Assembly: GCA_947458785.1 (NCBI GenBank)
Contig: CANGZU010000003.1
Coordinates: 1 to 53,656 of the forward strand
Reading direction: 5' to 3'
DNA length: 53,656 nt
Source of the DNA: Ignavibacteria bacterium
GTDB taxonomy: Bacteria; Bacteroidota; Ignavibacteria; Kapaibacteriales; Kapaibacteriaceae
In this document: one piece after another, positions 28,970 to 39,937 of the stretch
Layout of the letters: each line of letters begins with the position of its first letter
How positions within the stretch are numbered: the stretch's first letter is position 1
Notes under the pieces: generated by a model
Database searches by the model: none
What the model saw: only the letters and a program-made list of their open reading frames with translations
What the model was told of the DNA's origin: nothing
Program-made: the position numbers and the translations under genes

Positions 28970-29537
28970 GAAGCAAGATACGGACATCACGCGGGGTAGG
29001 GCAGAACTGCTTGAGGCTTTACAGGATTACCTACGTCGTTTTCCTTCAGAACGTGCGGTCGTAGATCGCATGATTGATTTTCTGTTGCGGGAGGCTGGGT
29101 GCTTTGAGCGCGCAACACTGGAGGGACACTTTACAGGTTCAGCGTGGATCGTACACCCAACAAGTGAGCAGGTGCTGTTAACCCACCACCGCAAGCTGAA
29201 CAAGTGGCTGCAGTTGGGCGGTCATGCTGACGGCGTTGAGAACCTCCTAACAGTTGCTTTGACAGAGGCATGCGAAGAGTCGGGCATTGATGGTTTCGAG
29301 GTCATTCAAGCGTCGATTTATGACGTAGACATACATGTCATTCCTGCGCGCAAATCGGACCCGGAACATTTACACTATGATGTACGTTACCTCCTCCGAG
29401 CACAGTCGGATCAATACATCATTAGCAACGAGTCGCTTGATCTGGCTTGGGTTGCCGTTAGCGACATCGCGTTGCTGACATCAGAAGAATCAATGCTTCG
29501 AATGGCAAACAAATGGAACGTTATCAGTCGTCGTTGA
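28968..29537 (+). CDS. NUDIX-family hydrolase
   Basis: It has a Nudix-box-like segment (GGHADGVENLLTVALTEACEESGI) preceded by GHFTGSAWIV. Confidence 0.75.
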   Translation: MKQDTDITRGRAELLEALQDYLRRFPSERAVVDRMIDFLLREAGCFERATLEGHFTGSAWIVHPTSEQVLLTHHRKLNKWLQLGGHADGVENLLTVALTEACEESGIDGFEVIQASIYDVDIHVIPARKSDPEHLHYDVRYLLRAQSDQYIISNESLDLAWVAVSDIALLTSEESMLRMANKWNVISRR

Positions 29538-29968
29538 TCATCAACGCACCAATAGAACGTGTTTTTCATTTCCATGATAACACCGACAATCTCCTCAAGA
29601 TCACACCAACGTATATCTCGGTTTCCTTCACGACAAGGGGCCCACAGGGTCTAGGGCAAGACATTTATCTTACTGTGCGTCATCTCGGAATCATACCTAC
29701 GTCGTGGCATGTGCGGATTACTGAGTATGAGCCGCCGTTCCGCATGGTTGACGAGCAGATCAAGGGCCCTTTTGCATGTTGGAAACAACTACGCATTATT
29801 GAATCCGTGCCAGGGGGAACGAAGCTCACGGATGTTGTTGAGTATCAATTGCCATTGGGATGGCTTGGACGGCTTGCAAACGCTATTGTCGTGCGCAGGC
29901 AGATCGAAAGCATGTTTAGCTACCGTCAACGCCGCACTAAAGAGTTACTCGAAGCAGCTCAGTTCTAG
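29513..29968 (+). CDS. SRPBCC (START/cyclase-dehydrase-like) family protein
   Basis: 151 aa. The start (YQSSLIINAPIERVFHFHDN) and the length are typical of the SRPBCC fold. It overlaps the NUDIX gene 3' end by 25 nt. Confidence 0.6.
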   Translation: MERYQSSLIINAPIERVFHFHDNTDNLLKITPTYISVSFTTRGPQGLGQDIYLTVRHLGIIPTSWHVRITEYEPPFRMVDEQIKGPFACWKQLRIIESVPGGTKLTDVVEYQLPLGWLGRLANAIVVRRQIESMFSYRQRRTKELLEAAQF

Positions 29969-31926
29969 CGTCGTATGTTTGAGGCCGTCACCGCTGTTGG
30001 TACAGTAGGTAAGGTAGCAGCTGGCTTCGGCTTGTTCGTTGCGAATGGTCCACGAATAGGCTCATCTTCCTCCGTTGCAGCAGGCTGCTGCGGTGTCGCA
30101 CCTGCTTTGCGCTTCCAAACGCTGTCACGTGCAACATCTGCTGGCCACGTGCGATTGAAATACAGCTCGAGCAGTTTGCGCGCAATCGGCACAGCAAAAG
30201 AAGCTCCAAAACCTTGTCCTTCGCCTGTTACGACCATAGCAATCTTCGGATTCTCTAATGGCGCAAAGCAGATAAACCATGATTGGTCCTTGTTGCCACC
30301 GGATGCCTCGGCGGTACCCGTCTTCCCACAAACATCAAGGCCTGGTACGTCTGCGCCGCGTGCTGTTCCGTTGCGCACCACCTCTCGCATTGCAAGCTTT
30401 ACGACATCAAAATACTCGCGGTTGATTGGAAGCGACCTGCTCTCGTAGGCAATCTTCGCCTTCTTACGCAGCGTTTTACTGTAGATCTCACGAACCGCGT
30501 GTGGTTGGTGCCACATGCCACCATTTGCGACTGCAGCCGTGTAGGCCACTAACTGCAGGGGCGTAACGTTTACCTCACCCTGACCAATACCCCAGTTCAT
30601 AAAGGCGTAGGGGGTCCAGTTTTTTGGACCAATTCTTCGATCCATGTATTCCTTTGATGGAAGAATTCCCTTGCCATCTTCACCGGAGGGGATGTCCATC
30701 ATCGTGCGTTGACCAAAGCCAAACATCGTACCGTAGCGGTGGAATCGTTCTGCACCAATCTTCAAACCGAGCTGATAGAAAAACGAGTTACATGAGACAG
30801 CGATCGCGAAGGAGCAATCGATCATGCCATGAACACCACCGTGACACTTTGCGAAGCGATTGCCGTACTGATAGCCCCCTGCACACATGAGCTTGGTCTT
30901 GGGCGTAATGATGCCCTCTTGAAGAGCCATTAACGTCATAAGGGGCTTCCAGGTCGAGCCCGGGTGATACATGGAATTTGCAGCCCGATTAAGCAATGGT
31001 ATTCCTGGGTCGCGATAGATTTGATTGTAGTAGGAGCGGGCAGTCTTTCCGGCGAACTGTCGAAGATCATAATCAGGTTTACTTGCATAACAGAGAACCT
31101 CACCATTGGTGGGGTCTAGCGCTACCACGGAGCCTTTTGCAGACCCTAGGAGTTTTTCTGCAAGCTCCTGCAGTTCAGTGTCAAGCCCTAAATACAGGTC
31201 GTCCCCCTCAAGCCCATATTGATCGCTCTTGCCGTCGTTAAAGCTCTCAACCTTTTGACCATTCTTATTCACAGCTATGAACTGCGTTCCCTTTTGACCG
31301 CGAATCGCAACTTCGTAGGACTTCTCAAGTCCAGTCTGTCCAGTCATGTCGCCGGGTGCATAGGCATCGCCGAGTTTTTGCAACTGCCATTCAGCTACCT
31401 CGCGTGTGTATCCGAGTAGATGTGCTGCATTTGCATCAAAGGCATACAGTCGCTTGGGGTCTATAATGATATCAACGCCGCGAAGCAGGTCTCGTTGCTC
31501 TTCTATCTGTGCAACGAGCTCAACAGGGATGTCACGTCCATATGACAGCTTTGCTGCCGCAAACTTGTTGTACGCGGCAGACCTCCGCACGTCTTGCCAT
31601 ATGAGGGAGTCGGAAACACCTATGATCCTTGAGAGTGTCGCGCAGGCAAGATCATTGAACTCATACGGGGTGATTGTGACAGAAAAACCAGGAGCATTCT
31701 GCACAATTGCTCTGCCATAGCGATCGAAGATCATTCCACGGAATGGCTCGGTCGAGATTTGCTTGATTGCCTGAGCCTCTGCCTTGAGCTTGTATCTATT
31801 CCCTTGAATGATCTGCAGATAGCCAAGCCGGCCGATATAAATCACGCTGATTGCAAGAATCACATAGCGAAGGATGCGAAGACGCTCGACGGATCCGAAT
31901 GCTGAGTCTTGATACTTGAATTTCAT
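29965..31926 (-). CDS. mrdA: Penicillin-binding protein 2 (class B transpeptidase, elongation type)
   Basis: The order is an N-terminal TM, a PBP dimerisation domain (PFRGMIFDRYGRAIVQN), then transpeptidase motifs STWK, SCN and KTGTA. The C-terminal tail is Pro/Ala/Thr-rich. Confidence 0.9.
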   Translation of the reverse strand: MKFKYQDSAFGSVERLRILRYVILAISVIYIGRLGYLQIIQGNRYKLKAEAQAIKQISTEPFRGMIFDRYGRAIVQNAPGFSVTITPYEFNDLACATLSRIIGVSDSLIWQDVRRSAAYNKFAAAKLSYGRDIPVELVAQIEEQRDLLRGVDIIIDPKRLYAFDANAAHLLGYTREVAEWQLQKLGDAYAPGDMTGQTGLEKSYEVAIRGQKGTQFIAVNKNGQKVESFNDGKSDQYGLEGDDLYLGLDTELQELAEKLLGSAKGSVVALDPTNGEVLCYASKPDYDLRQFAGKTARSYYNQIYRDPGIPLLNRAANSMYHPGSTWKPLMTLMALQEGIITPKTKLMCAGGYQYGNRFAKCHGGVHGMIDCSFAIAVSCNSFFYQLGLKIGAERFHRYGTMFGFGQRTMMDIPSGEDGKGILPSKEYMDRRIGPKNWTPYAFMNWGIGQGEVNVTPLQLVAYTAAVANGGMWHQPHAVREIYSKTLRKKAKIAYESRSLPINREYFDVVKLAMREVVRNGTARGADVPGLDVCGKTGTAEASGGNKDQSWFICFAPLENPKIAMVVTGEGQGFGASFAVPIARKLLELYFNRTWPADVARDSVWKRKAGATPQQPAATEEDEPIRGPFATNKPKPAATLPTVPTAVTASNIRR

Positions 31927-33266
31927 GGCGTGATGGTACCTACGGTTTTCTTGCGAAGGTCGTTAACGTGCTGCGAGCATATCGCCACACAGGTGAAAAG
32001 AAACGCCATCATGATGTTACCGTAGCGCTGGTCAAAGATACCAGCCATGAAGACATTGACGTACAGAGCAGGGAAGAATGCAACAACTCCGAAGGCAACA
32101 GCTCTCTTGAGCGGCGATCTCCAAGCGTTGCGCAGATCAAATGCATTTTTGACGGCTCGAAGAGTAAATCCAATCAACGTCGCAAACAGGATAAGCGCAA
32201 GTGGAAAGCCAACCTTGTGAATCAGACCAACATATCCAATGTGAACAAAGGACACTGTATTGTGCCAGCCTTCAATTGGCTGCCAGGTCACGAATTTTGC
32301 GCGTAAACCACTGCCACCAAGCGGATACTGCTCAACTTTGTTCCACGCGTTACTCACTTCGATGAGTCGGGTCTCAAACGAGTGATCGCCCCCTGAAAGC
32401 TGAGTGGAAGAGGCAAATCGCTTTTGCACAAGGCGCACGGCGATGTCGGCAAGTTTTGGATTAAAGCTATAGAACAGCGCCACTGCAGTCGCGGCTATGG
32501 TAACAGAAGACACAACAAGAGTCAGATTCTGTCGGAAACGTAAGAACAGCATGATGATGCCGGTGCACACAAACACAAAGACCCACAGCGTGCGCGTGAA
32601 TGTCAAGACCAAGGCTGCAAGGTTGATGAGCAGAAAGGCAAACGTCAGAATCTTGCCTTTGGTGTTGGTATGAAACACAATGGCAACGCCTATACAGATA
32701 GCTAGCAGAAATATTGGTCCAAGCAATGCTGAACGTGATGCCGTTATCTGATACGCATAGACCATGTTTTCTGCCATGCGATTCTTGAAGTTATAGGCAC
32801 TGTAACCCGACATCAAGACAGCCGACAATCCAGATAACCAGATGAACTGTGAAAATGATCGCTCATCCTTTCCAAACTCTTCGCGAAGGGGAAAGTAGTA
32901 GAGCATCAAGAGGAAATATGACCAGTCTACACCCCATCCAAGCAACTGGGTTCCATTGAGTTTGGCGATGACGACGTTGCCCACTGCCAGCACTACGAAG
33001 AGAACCAACAAAAAGTCTGGCCAACTTCTTATGAGAGGGGGCTTCGAGGACCCAACTCGCCACATAAGCCAGAGGAACAGAGAAATCGTATAAATGCCGC
33101 CTGAAATCGTCTCTGTAACGGAGATGTCTTTGCCTGTGTCGGTTAAGAACAGAGGTAACCCCAGCAACAAAACACCCAGCCAGACCTTTGGGTAGCGCAC
33201 CATGAGCGCTAACAACGCCAAACCACAGCAAACTGCGGGAATCAGCCAAGACCAATCAAGGTACAT
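31923..33266 (-). CDS. O-antigen ligase/polymerase (Wzy_C) family polytopic membrane protein
   Basis: It has about 10-12 hydrophobic segments. The central region (LTFTRTLWVF ... ETRLIEVSNAWNKVEQYPLGGSGL ... HNTVSFVHIGYVGLIHKVGFP) fits the Wzy_C pattern. An ATGA overlap links it to mrdA. Confidence 0.7.
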   Translation of the reverse strand: MYLDWSWLIPAVCCGLALLALMVRYPKVWLGVLLLGLPLFLTDTGKDISVTETISGGIYTISLFLWLMWRVGSSKPPLIRSWPDFLLVLFVVLAVGNVVIAKLNGTQLLGWGVDWSYFLLMLYYFPLREEFGKDERSFSQFIWLSGLSAVLMSGYSAYNFKNRMAENMVYAYQITASRSALLGPIFLLAICIGVAIVFHTNTKGKILTFAFLLINLAALVLTFTRTLWVFVFVCTGIIMLFLRFRQNLTLVVSSVTIAATAVALFYSFNPKLADIAVRLVQKRFASSTQLSGGDHSFETRLIEVSNAWNKVEQYPLGGSGLRAKFVTWQPIEGWHNTVSFVHIGYVGLIHKVGFPLALILFATLIGFTLRAVKNAFDLRNAWRSPLKRAVAFGVVAFFPALYVNVFMAGIFDQRYGNIMMAFLFTCVAICSQHVNDLRKKTVGTITP

Positions 33267-33270
33267 GGAA

Positions 33271-34404
33271 TCACTGCTCGTTAGGTGTACGGCCCATCAT
33301 TGCATTCCAGCCTCGAAGAACCAGTAGGACCAGGATACTCAGGACGCCAACACCAAATCCGCTTCCAGCTGCAAGGAGCATCCGCTTCGGTCTGTCGCGC
33401 TTTTCAGCCGCAATAGGCGTGTCAACAACAAGCAGAGCTGGTGACGTCTTGTTCATGTCGATTCGCGCCTGCTCTAGTGATGGCAGCAAGAATGCCTTCA
33501 ACTTTGAATACGCCTCGTACTCCGTAAAGAGACGCATGTACGTAGCGCCCACTCCTGCAGCATCCGTTAACGCAAAATTTCCAGCAAACCCAGGCTGTGT
33601 TTGAGCCTTCTCATACTGATTCTTCAGCTCGTTCACTAATCCTTGGGCGGTTCGGACCTGAGGGTCACTTGGACCGTAATTCTCCTTCAACAAACCAAGA
33701 ACCATCTCCTGTTTCAGCAACTCAGACTTCACATCCGCGAGGGCGTCGGCAGATGCTTTAGCCTGATCAAGAGGGGAGAATAACCTATATGTGCGGGAGA
33801 AATAATCGAGTGAGTCTGTGATAGATGACAAAATCGAATCCATCATGCCAAGCCGCCGCTCCATGTAGCGCACGGACTTCTCTGCCTCCATTCGTTGGAT
33901 TCGATTAGAGATCTCGTTGGCATAAGCAACAAAGGAGTTGCACATATCAACTGACTTCTGGGGATTCTGACTCCATATCGAGATCTCGTAGTTACCCTCG
34001 GCATGAAAGTTTACCTCTAGGTTGTCATCGAATTCCGAACGCACATCGTCCATGATCTCGTTCCGCATATCATACTCTTGCACGAGATCGAAGCGCTTAA
34101 TCATTGAGTCGCGAATGGTGCGGGAGAACAACAACGTAACGAACTCGTAGTTCTCTCCCGACTTGCCACCGATTTTGGAAAGACCAATGTCTTTTAGTGT
34201 CGATGATATGCCCGCTAACGCCCCTCCAAAACCAGCCTCGTCGCTTGCAGGGGGCACGCAGTTAATGGTTGACTTGAAATACTGAGGCAGTGTTAAAGCA
34301 TACAGGTAGACGCCAATGGTCGTGACCGCACACAGACCGATAACGATCCATTTGAATCGCAGGAGATATCGGACGATTTCAGCGGTTGGGAATTGATCCG
34401 TCAT
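33271..34404 (-). CDS. Wzz/GumC-like polysaccharide chain-length determinant protein
   Basis: The N-terminal Wzz motif and TM read IVRYLLRFKWIVIGLCAVTTIGVYLYALTLPQYFKS. A long coiled-coil periplasmic region and a C-terminal TM follow. There is no kinase domain. Confidence 0.75.
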   Translation of the reverse strand: MTDQFPTAEIVRYLLRFKWIVIGLCAVTTIGVYLYALTLPQYFKSTINCVPPASDEAGFGGALAGISSTLKDIGLSKIGGKSGENYEFVTLLFSRTIRDSMIKRFDLVQEYDMRNEIMDDVRSEFDDNLEVNFHAEGNYEISIWSQNPQKSVDMCNSFVAYANEISNRIQRMEAEKSVRYMERRLGMMDSILSSITDSLDYFSRTYRLFSPLDQAKASADALADVKSELLKQEMVLGLLKENYGPSDPQVRTAQGLVNELKNQYEKAQTQPGFAGNFALTDAAGVGATYMRLFTEYEAYSKLKAFLLPSLEQARIDMNKTSPALLVVDTPIAAEKRDRPKRMLLAAGSGFGVGVLSILVLLVLRGWNAMMGRTPNEQ

Positions 34405-34453
34405 GATTCCTTCTCAGATTAGCGAATGCTGCAAAATTACACGTATTTCAGGC

Positions 34454-35179
34454 TTAACGACGTGCCACAATGAGCATATTTGGCGTCGATATCGTCGCGG
34501 ATCGACTGATTCCTTGCGAGACATGCAAAAGCGCCGAGGAGATTCGCTGAAAGGGGCTCACAAGCTTACGTGTGATTTGTGCTCCAATACCACCCCCAAC
34601 CGGGGGGACTTCTAGGATTTCTACGCTGCTGAAATGCAACGATGCGAACAATTCGAGCGCTGAATACTTGTTCAGGTGCATCTCGTGCGTCAGGTCGCCA
34701 AACGAAAGCACAGTGCCAAGTCTGGAATCGATGTTTGGAGTGCGCATCACGAGAGTCCCGTCATCGACCAATGCTGCATGGATAGCCTGCAGAGCAGTGA
34801 TCGCTTCGCCCCGTGTCAGGTGTTCTATCACGTCAAACATCGTCACAAGTGCAACGCCACGCTCTTCCGACAGCACAGATTCAAGGGTACCATGTTCGAC
34901 CATCGACGCACCCAATTCGTTGGCCAATTGAACCTGTTCGGGACTGAGGTCAACACCACGTAGGTTCTTGTAGCCGCTGTCACGAAGCATGAGAAGAAAA
35001 GCCCCATACCCGCAACCGAGATCAAGAATGCGGGCACTCCTGTCACGTGGAAGATGTGTTTCAATGAGCGGGCGCAGCATTTTGTGTTCAGCCTGCACCC
35101 GTAGGCGAGCTTGATCGATCGATGTGAAGCGCGACTGCGCTTGTGTGTATCGATCGTAAAAGTGTTTTCGATGATCCAT
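34454..35179 (-). CDS. Class I SAM-dependent methyltransferase
   Basis: SAM-binding motif I is ILDLGCGYGAF, with the downstream acidic-loop pattern (LRGVDLS) also present. Confidence 0.8.
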   Translation of the reverse strand: MDHRKHFYDRYTQAQSRFTSIDQARLRVQAEHKMLRPLIETHLPRDRSARILDLGCGYGAFLLMLRDSGYKNLRGVDLSPEQVQLANELGASMVEHGTLESVLSEERGVALVTMFDVIEHLTRGEAITALQAIHAALVDDGTLVMRTPNIDSRLGTVLSFGDLTHEMHLNKYSALELFASLHFSSVEILEVPPVGGGIGAQITRKLVSPFQRISSALLHVSQGISRSATISTPNMLIVARR

Positions 35180-35231
35180 TGCCTAGCAATATACGCGATG
35201 TGCCCAGCTGTATTGTATCTTGGCCCGGTAC

Positions 35232-36470
35232 ATGAATCCACGCATCTTGATGATACTGCCCAGAATTCCCATTCCGGCTAGGGATGGAGCAGAGGTGGTT
35301 ATGCTCGAAACTCTGCAGGCGATCAGACAAAGTGGACAGTCCGTTGATGTGTTTGCGCTCAATCCCAGCAGGCAGCATCGAGACCCGTCATTGTTGGCTC
35401 TCGTCTGCAAGACGTTCGCAACGGCTAATGTTTCAACGAATGTTAGCCCCCTGCATCTGATCGCATCCGTCGTTGCAGCCCCTTCGGTAGGGATTATGGA
35501 TCAGAAAGTGCCCCTTTCCTATTGGATCACACGCTTTATCGATGCAGAAGCACTAAAAACGCTGCATGATTTTGTTAAACAACATGGCCCCTACGATGTC
35601 GTGCATTGTGAAACCCTGTTCAGTGTATACTATGGTTTGGCACTAGAACATGGCACAGCAAGAACCATCGTCTACCGAAGTCATAATGTTGAATGGCGGA
35701 TCCAGGATCGTTTAGCCCATGAGCCATCGACCCCGTTGTATCAGAGGATGATACGGCAGGTGTTGGCAAAGCAGACCCGGAGTTACGAATGCTGGATATC
35801 GAATCATGTGGATGCAATCGCCGCAATCAGTGCCCATGACGCCGCATGGCATCATCAACTCGGGACACACGCTATCGTCCGTGAGCTACACCCTGGGATC
35901 TCGATACAGTCAACCCCGAAGGTTGGTGAAGTAGAATACGCCATAGGTTTCTTAGGAAGTCTCGATTGGGAGCCCAATCGTAAGGGACTCGTCTGGTTCC
36001 TTGAACAAGTGCTTCCATTGATCGAAGAACAGATTCCAGCGGTTCGTTTTACTATAGCAGGCAGAGGCTCAGAGGAGTTCTGTTCCACACTGCAACTGCC
36101 GTCGACTGCCACTTGCTTGGGTGAGGTTGACTCCGTATCCCAGTTCTATGCATCGCAGACAATTGCCGTTGCTCCGCTGCTGAGTGGCAGTGGTATACGT
36201 ATCAAGCTGCTAGAGGCCTTTGCGCTTTTTACACCGGTTATCACGACGTCACAAGGAGCAGAGGGGTTAAACGTGCGTCACGGTTCTGAATGCATGATTG
36301 AAGACGATCCAAGATCGTTCGCTGGGGCATGTATCGAGATGCTCCGTGACAAGGGCATGCGGCATCGATGTGCACATGCAGCGCACGCATTTGTCGAACA
36401 AGGGTACTCCCATAGGGCGGTGGCAACAGCACTCGTGGATCTCTACCGAGAATGCTTAGAGCGCCTTTAG
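35232..36470 (+). CDS. Glycosyltransferase family 4 (GT-B)
   Basis: It starts [13 protein letters not shown]. The C-terminal half (GRG...[29 protein letters not shown]) fits the GT4 E-x7-E region. I preferred the ATG at 35232 over the listed TTG at 35220. Confidence 0.8.
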   Translation: MNPRILMILPRIPIPARDGAEVVMLETLQAIRQSGQSVDVFALNPSRQHRDPSLLALVCKTFATANVSTNVSPLHLIASVVAAPSVGIMDQKVPLSYWITRFIDAEALKTLHDFVKQHGPYDVVHCETLFSVYYGLALEHGTARTIVYRSHNVEWRIQDRLAHEPSTPLYQRMIRQVLAKQTRSYECWISNHVDAIAAISAHDAAWHHQLGTHAIVRELHPGISIQSTPKVGEVEYAIGFLGSLDWEPNRKGLVWFLEQVLPLIEEQIPAVRFTIAGRGSEEFCSTLQLPSTATCLGEVDSVSQFYASQTIAVAPLLSGSGIRIKLLEAFALFTPVITTSQGAEGLNVRHGSECMIEDDPRSFAGACIEMLRDKGMRHRCAHAAHAFVEQGYSHRAVATALVDLYRECLERL

Positions 36471-38501
36471 TCGTTCAATCTCGTCGCGAAGCTGGGCTGC
36501 TCGTTCAAAGTCGAGGGCCCTGGCCGCATCTTTCATTTCCGTGAACATTTGTTCGATCATCTCGCTACGCTGTTCTGGTGTGAGATACTTGGCAATTGGT
36601 TCTGCCGCTTTCTTGAGACGCGCATGCTCGGCATCGGCACGTTTTTGTGTCCTCGAAGCCTGCATATCGGCCACAGAAGTGGATTCAAGAATCTCTTCAA
36701 GAGATTTGTACACTGTGCGTGGCTCGATGCCATGTTCGATGTTGTACTGCTGCTGAAGTTCACGTCGACGATTGGTCTCATCCATCACAACCTTCATCGA
36801 CCGCGTGATCTTGTCTGCATAGAAGATTACCAGTCCATCTACGTTGCGGGCAGTGCGACCGGCCGTCTGCATCAATGAGCGTTCGCTCCGCAGGAATCCC
36901 TCCTTATCTGCATCAAGAATTGCAACCATCGAAACTTCTGGTAGATCTAGGCCTTCACGAAGGAGGTTGACACCGACAAGGACGTCGATAGTACCAAGTC
37001 GCAGACTACGTATGATCTCGACACGCTCGAGCGAATCGACATCGCTGTGAATGTAGGCAACGCTTATCGACAGGTTGTGAAGGTAATCTGTTAGGTCTTC
37101 AGCCATTCTCTTGGTAAGCGTCGTAACAAGAACGCGTTCCTTCTTTGCTACGCGTATTCGAATCTCCTCGAGAAGATTGTCGATCTGATTCTTGACAGGT
37201 CGAACTTCTATGCGCGGATCCAGAAGCCCCGTTGGTCTGATAACCTGTTCAACCACGACTCCCATGCATTGCTCGAGCTCATAGTCTCCAGGAGTCGCAC
37301 TAACGTAGATAGCCTGGTGGATATGTGATTCGAACTCTTCAAACTTCAGGGGGCGATTTTCAAGTGCACTCGGGAGACGGAATCCATGTTCTACCAATGT
37401 CATCTTGCGCTGACGATCTCCATTGTACATTGCGCGCAGCTGTGGAAGCGTTACGTGACTCTCATCGAGAATTAGAAGGAAATCTTCGGGGAAATAGTCG
37501 AGCAGACAGTGGGGTTTGTCACCCGGCCTGCGACCTGAGAGGTGCATCGAATAGTTCTCAATGCCCGAGCAGTATCCCACTTCTTTCATCATTTCGAGGT
37601 CATACAATGTCCGCTGCTCTAGTCGTTGCGCTTCGAGTAGCATATCATTCTCGCGGAGTTCCTTCAATCTCGCAATAAGCTCCTCTTTAATGTCCACCAT
37701 CGCCCGAGCGAGGTTTGACTGGGATGTCACAAACAAGCGAGCGGGATAGAGCAGGACCTTGTCAACTTTCTCTAGGGTTTTGCCGTCACGACGATCAATC
37801 CAGGATATGGCATCAATGGTGTCATCGAAGAGTTCAACGCGGATTGCACGTGTATCCTCATCAGCAGGAATAATGTCGACAATATCGCCTCGTACGCGAA
37901 ATGTCCCCCGCGTGAACTCAAAGTCGTTCCTACTGTAGTGGATGTCACTGAGTCTGTACAAGAGTTTTTGCCGTGAGACCTCCATACCAACCTTCAGCAG
38001 CAGAAGCTGGTCTTTGAAGTCGGCCTTTGCGCCAATGCCATAGATACACGAGACAGAGGCTATGACGATAACGTCGCGGCGACCCTCCACAAGCGCACTT
38101 GTGGCACGCAGCCGTAGGCGATCTATCTCGTCGTTGACCGAGAAGTCCTTCTCGATATACACATCCGTCGTTGGCACATAGGCCTCAGGCTGATAGTAGT
38201 CGTAATAGGAGATGAAGAACTCAACGGCATTGTTCGGAAAGAAGCTCTTAAACTCGCCGTAAAGCTGGGCTGCTAGGGTCTTATTGGGCGAAATAATGAG
38301 TGTTGGCCGCTGTGTTTGTTCGATCACGTTCGACATTGTAAATGTCTTACCCGAGCCCGTTACCCCGAGAAGTGTCTGAAACCTGCGTCCCTCGTGCATG
38401 CCTTCTACCAGCTCAGCGATGGCCTTCGGCTGGTCGCCCGATGGCTGGTACTTTGTGACGATAGAAAACGGAGGGAATTCGGAGGTGATTTCAGTGGACA
38501 T
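36456..38501 (-). CDS. uvrB: Excinuclease ABC subunit B
   Basis: 681 aa. Diagnostic segments are [17 protein letters not shown], Walker [11 protein letters not shown], the helicase motifs, and a C-terminal UVR domain ([15 protein letters not shown]). Confidence 0.97.
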   Translation of the reverse strand: MSTEITSEFPPFSIVTKYQPSGDQPKAIAELVEGMHEGRRFQTLLGVTGSGKTFTMSNVIEQTQRPTLIISPNKTLAAQLYGEFKSFFPNNAVEFFISYYDYYQPEAYVPTTDVYIEKDFSVNDEIDRLRLRATSALVEGRRDVIVIASVSCIYGIGAKADFKDQLLLLKVGMEVSRQKLLYRLSDIHYSRNDFEFTRGTFRVRGDIVDIIPADEDTRAIRVELFDDTIDAISWIDRRDGKTLEKVDKVLLYPARLFVTSQSNLARAMVDIKEELIARLKELRENDMLLEAQRLEQRTLYDLEMMKEVGYCSGIENYSMHLSGRRPGDKPHCLLDYFPEDFLLILDESHVTLPQLRAMYNGDRQRKMTLVEHGFRLPSALENRPLKFEEFESHIHQAIYVSATPGDYELEQCMGVVVEQVIRPTGLLDPRIEVRPVKNQIDNLLEEIRIRVAKKERVLVTTLTKRMAEDLTDYLHNLSISVAYIHSDVDSLERVEIIRSLRLGTIDVLVGVNLLREGLDLPEVSMVAILDADKEGFLRSERSLMQTAGRTARNVDGLVIFYADKITRSMKVVMDETNRRRELQQQYNIEHGIEPRTVYKSLEEILESTSVADMQASRTQKRADAEHARLKKAAEPIAKYLTPEQRSEMIEQMFTEMKDAARALDFERAAQLRDEIERLKAL

Positions 38502-38537
38502 CGTACGAACGTAAGAATATGGTGCGATATTCGCGGG

Positions 38538-39896
38538 ATGAATGACGGGAAGTGGAAACGACGGCTTTACTCAACGTTGCTTGTTGGGGCATTGTTCCGA
38601 GTAATCATTGCCTTTGGTCCTCTATCTGATATGCCTCAGACAGAGGATGGGCCTTCCTACCGGCAACAGGCTCTGGAGATAATCGACGGTAAGGCGGGGT
38701 ACTTCTACTTTCCACCCGGAACAGCGATCGCATCGGTACCCTTCTATGCTGTTTTCGGTCGTTCGATACATGTTGACCATGCGGTTGCGGTCACGTTTTG
38801 GATGCTCTTCACCGTTGCTTGTGCAGCCATCGCATGGCAACTATGTTCAGATAAGCGTCAGGCATGGATTGCGACTATCATGGCTGTCTTTCTACCACAT
38901 GGTCTACTAGCTACCTGTACCATATCCTCGCAGCCCCTTACAGCGGCGCTGTTTGCTGCTTCTATCTGCCTTGCCATTGTAGCCTACAAAAATGAGCGTT
39001 TAAGCTACTGGACCTTGGCGTGCATCCTGATGAGTATGTCTGTGATCACAAGGCCAGCGACGTTGCTGGTCTCATTCCTCGCAGCGGGAGCTCTCCTTGT
39101 GATTTGGAAGCGTCACTCACGCATTCGAGCCAGGGTTGGGCTTGCTCTCATGGTCTTGACCATTTGTCATGTTGCGGTAATGCTGCCCGTGATGAGTCAT
39201 AATGCATCTCAAGGTCAGGGATATACACTCTCGACCAACAATGAATGGAATCTCCTGGTTGGAAACAACCCTTTTACGCCGGATTACAAGACGGGGCATT
39301 TCGGACAACGCACATTTGACAAGCTCCCTGATGATGCCCGTGCCTACCTTCGTCAGATATTGCCACATGAACAACCGGCATTTGCCACGCTAAGCCAGCG
39401 TGCTTGTATGAAAGACAGCGCAGTGGCCTACATTGCAAATCATCCTATTCGGACACTCTATCGCGTAACGAATCGTTTTCGCGGGTTTTGGGGGATGGAT
39501 TACACGGCATCGCGTGAGATTCAGAATACCTACGGACTCTCAGGGAAGGTTACCGCAATCTTACTATTCTTCGAAGGGGCTGGCTTTCTAGCAATCCTTG
39601 TTTTATGGCTGACAGGTATGTTAACCGGTGGTGTAGGAAAGCCGGCTAACCAATTGACATTGTTGTTAGTAGCGGCGTCGATGGCGCCGTATCTCGTTGC
39701 ATTTTCTGTGGCGAAATACCATACCGTCGTATTGCCGTTACTTTTTCCACTATCAGCAGGGACATTGCTGTTGACAACCGCTGGATCTACGTCATGGGGC
39801 GAGTTAAGAAGGCGCCGTAGAGCATTGACTACTATGATAGTTATAATGCTATTCATTCAAGCGGAGCATGTTTTTCACATTGTGGATAACCGATAG
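38538..39896 (+). CDS. GT-C fold glycosyltransferase, family 39 / ArnT-PMT_2-like
   Basis: It is a polytopic membrane protein. An N-terminal loop ([26 protein letters not shown]) follows the first TM, as in ArnT-like enzymes. I chose the start at 38538; the listed 38316 start would overlap uvrB by 186 nt. Confidence 0.55.
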   Translation: MNDGKWKRRLYSTLLVGALFRVIIAFGPLSDMPQTEDGPSYRQQALEIIDGKAGYFYFPPGTAIASVPFYAVFGRSIHVDHAVAVTFWMLFTVACAAIAWQLCSDKRQAWIATIMAVFLPHGLLATCTISSQPLTAALFAASICLAIVAYKNERLSYWTLACILMSMSVITRPATLLVSFLAAGALLVIWKRHSRIRARVGLALMVLTICHVAVMLPVMSHNASQGQGYTLSTNNEWNLLVGNNPFTPDYKTGHFGQRTFDKLPDDARAYLRQILPHEQPAFATLSQRACMKDSAVAYIANHPIRTLYRVTNRFRGFWGMDYTASREIQNTYGLSGKVTAILLFFEGAGFLAILVLWLTGMLTGGVGKPANQLTLLLVAASMAPYLVAFSVAKYHTVVLPLLFPLSAGTLLLTTAGSTSWGELRRRRRALTTMIVIMLFIQAEHVFHIVDNR

Positions 39897-39937
39897 CTTT
39901 CTCGCAATCAAGACTGGACATCGCCTTAAAATCGCCG

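Noticed and set aside
38316-38537. An upstream extension of the GT39-like ORF (listed start 38316).
   Set aside because: The extension overlaps the well-supported uvrB N-terminal coding region by 186 nt on the opposite strand. It also translates to non-membrane, Arg/Cys-rich sequence. The Met at 38538 precedes the first TM segment.
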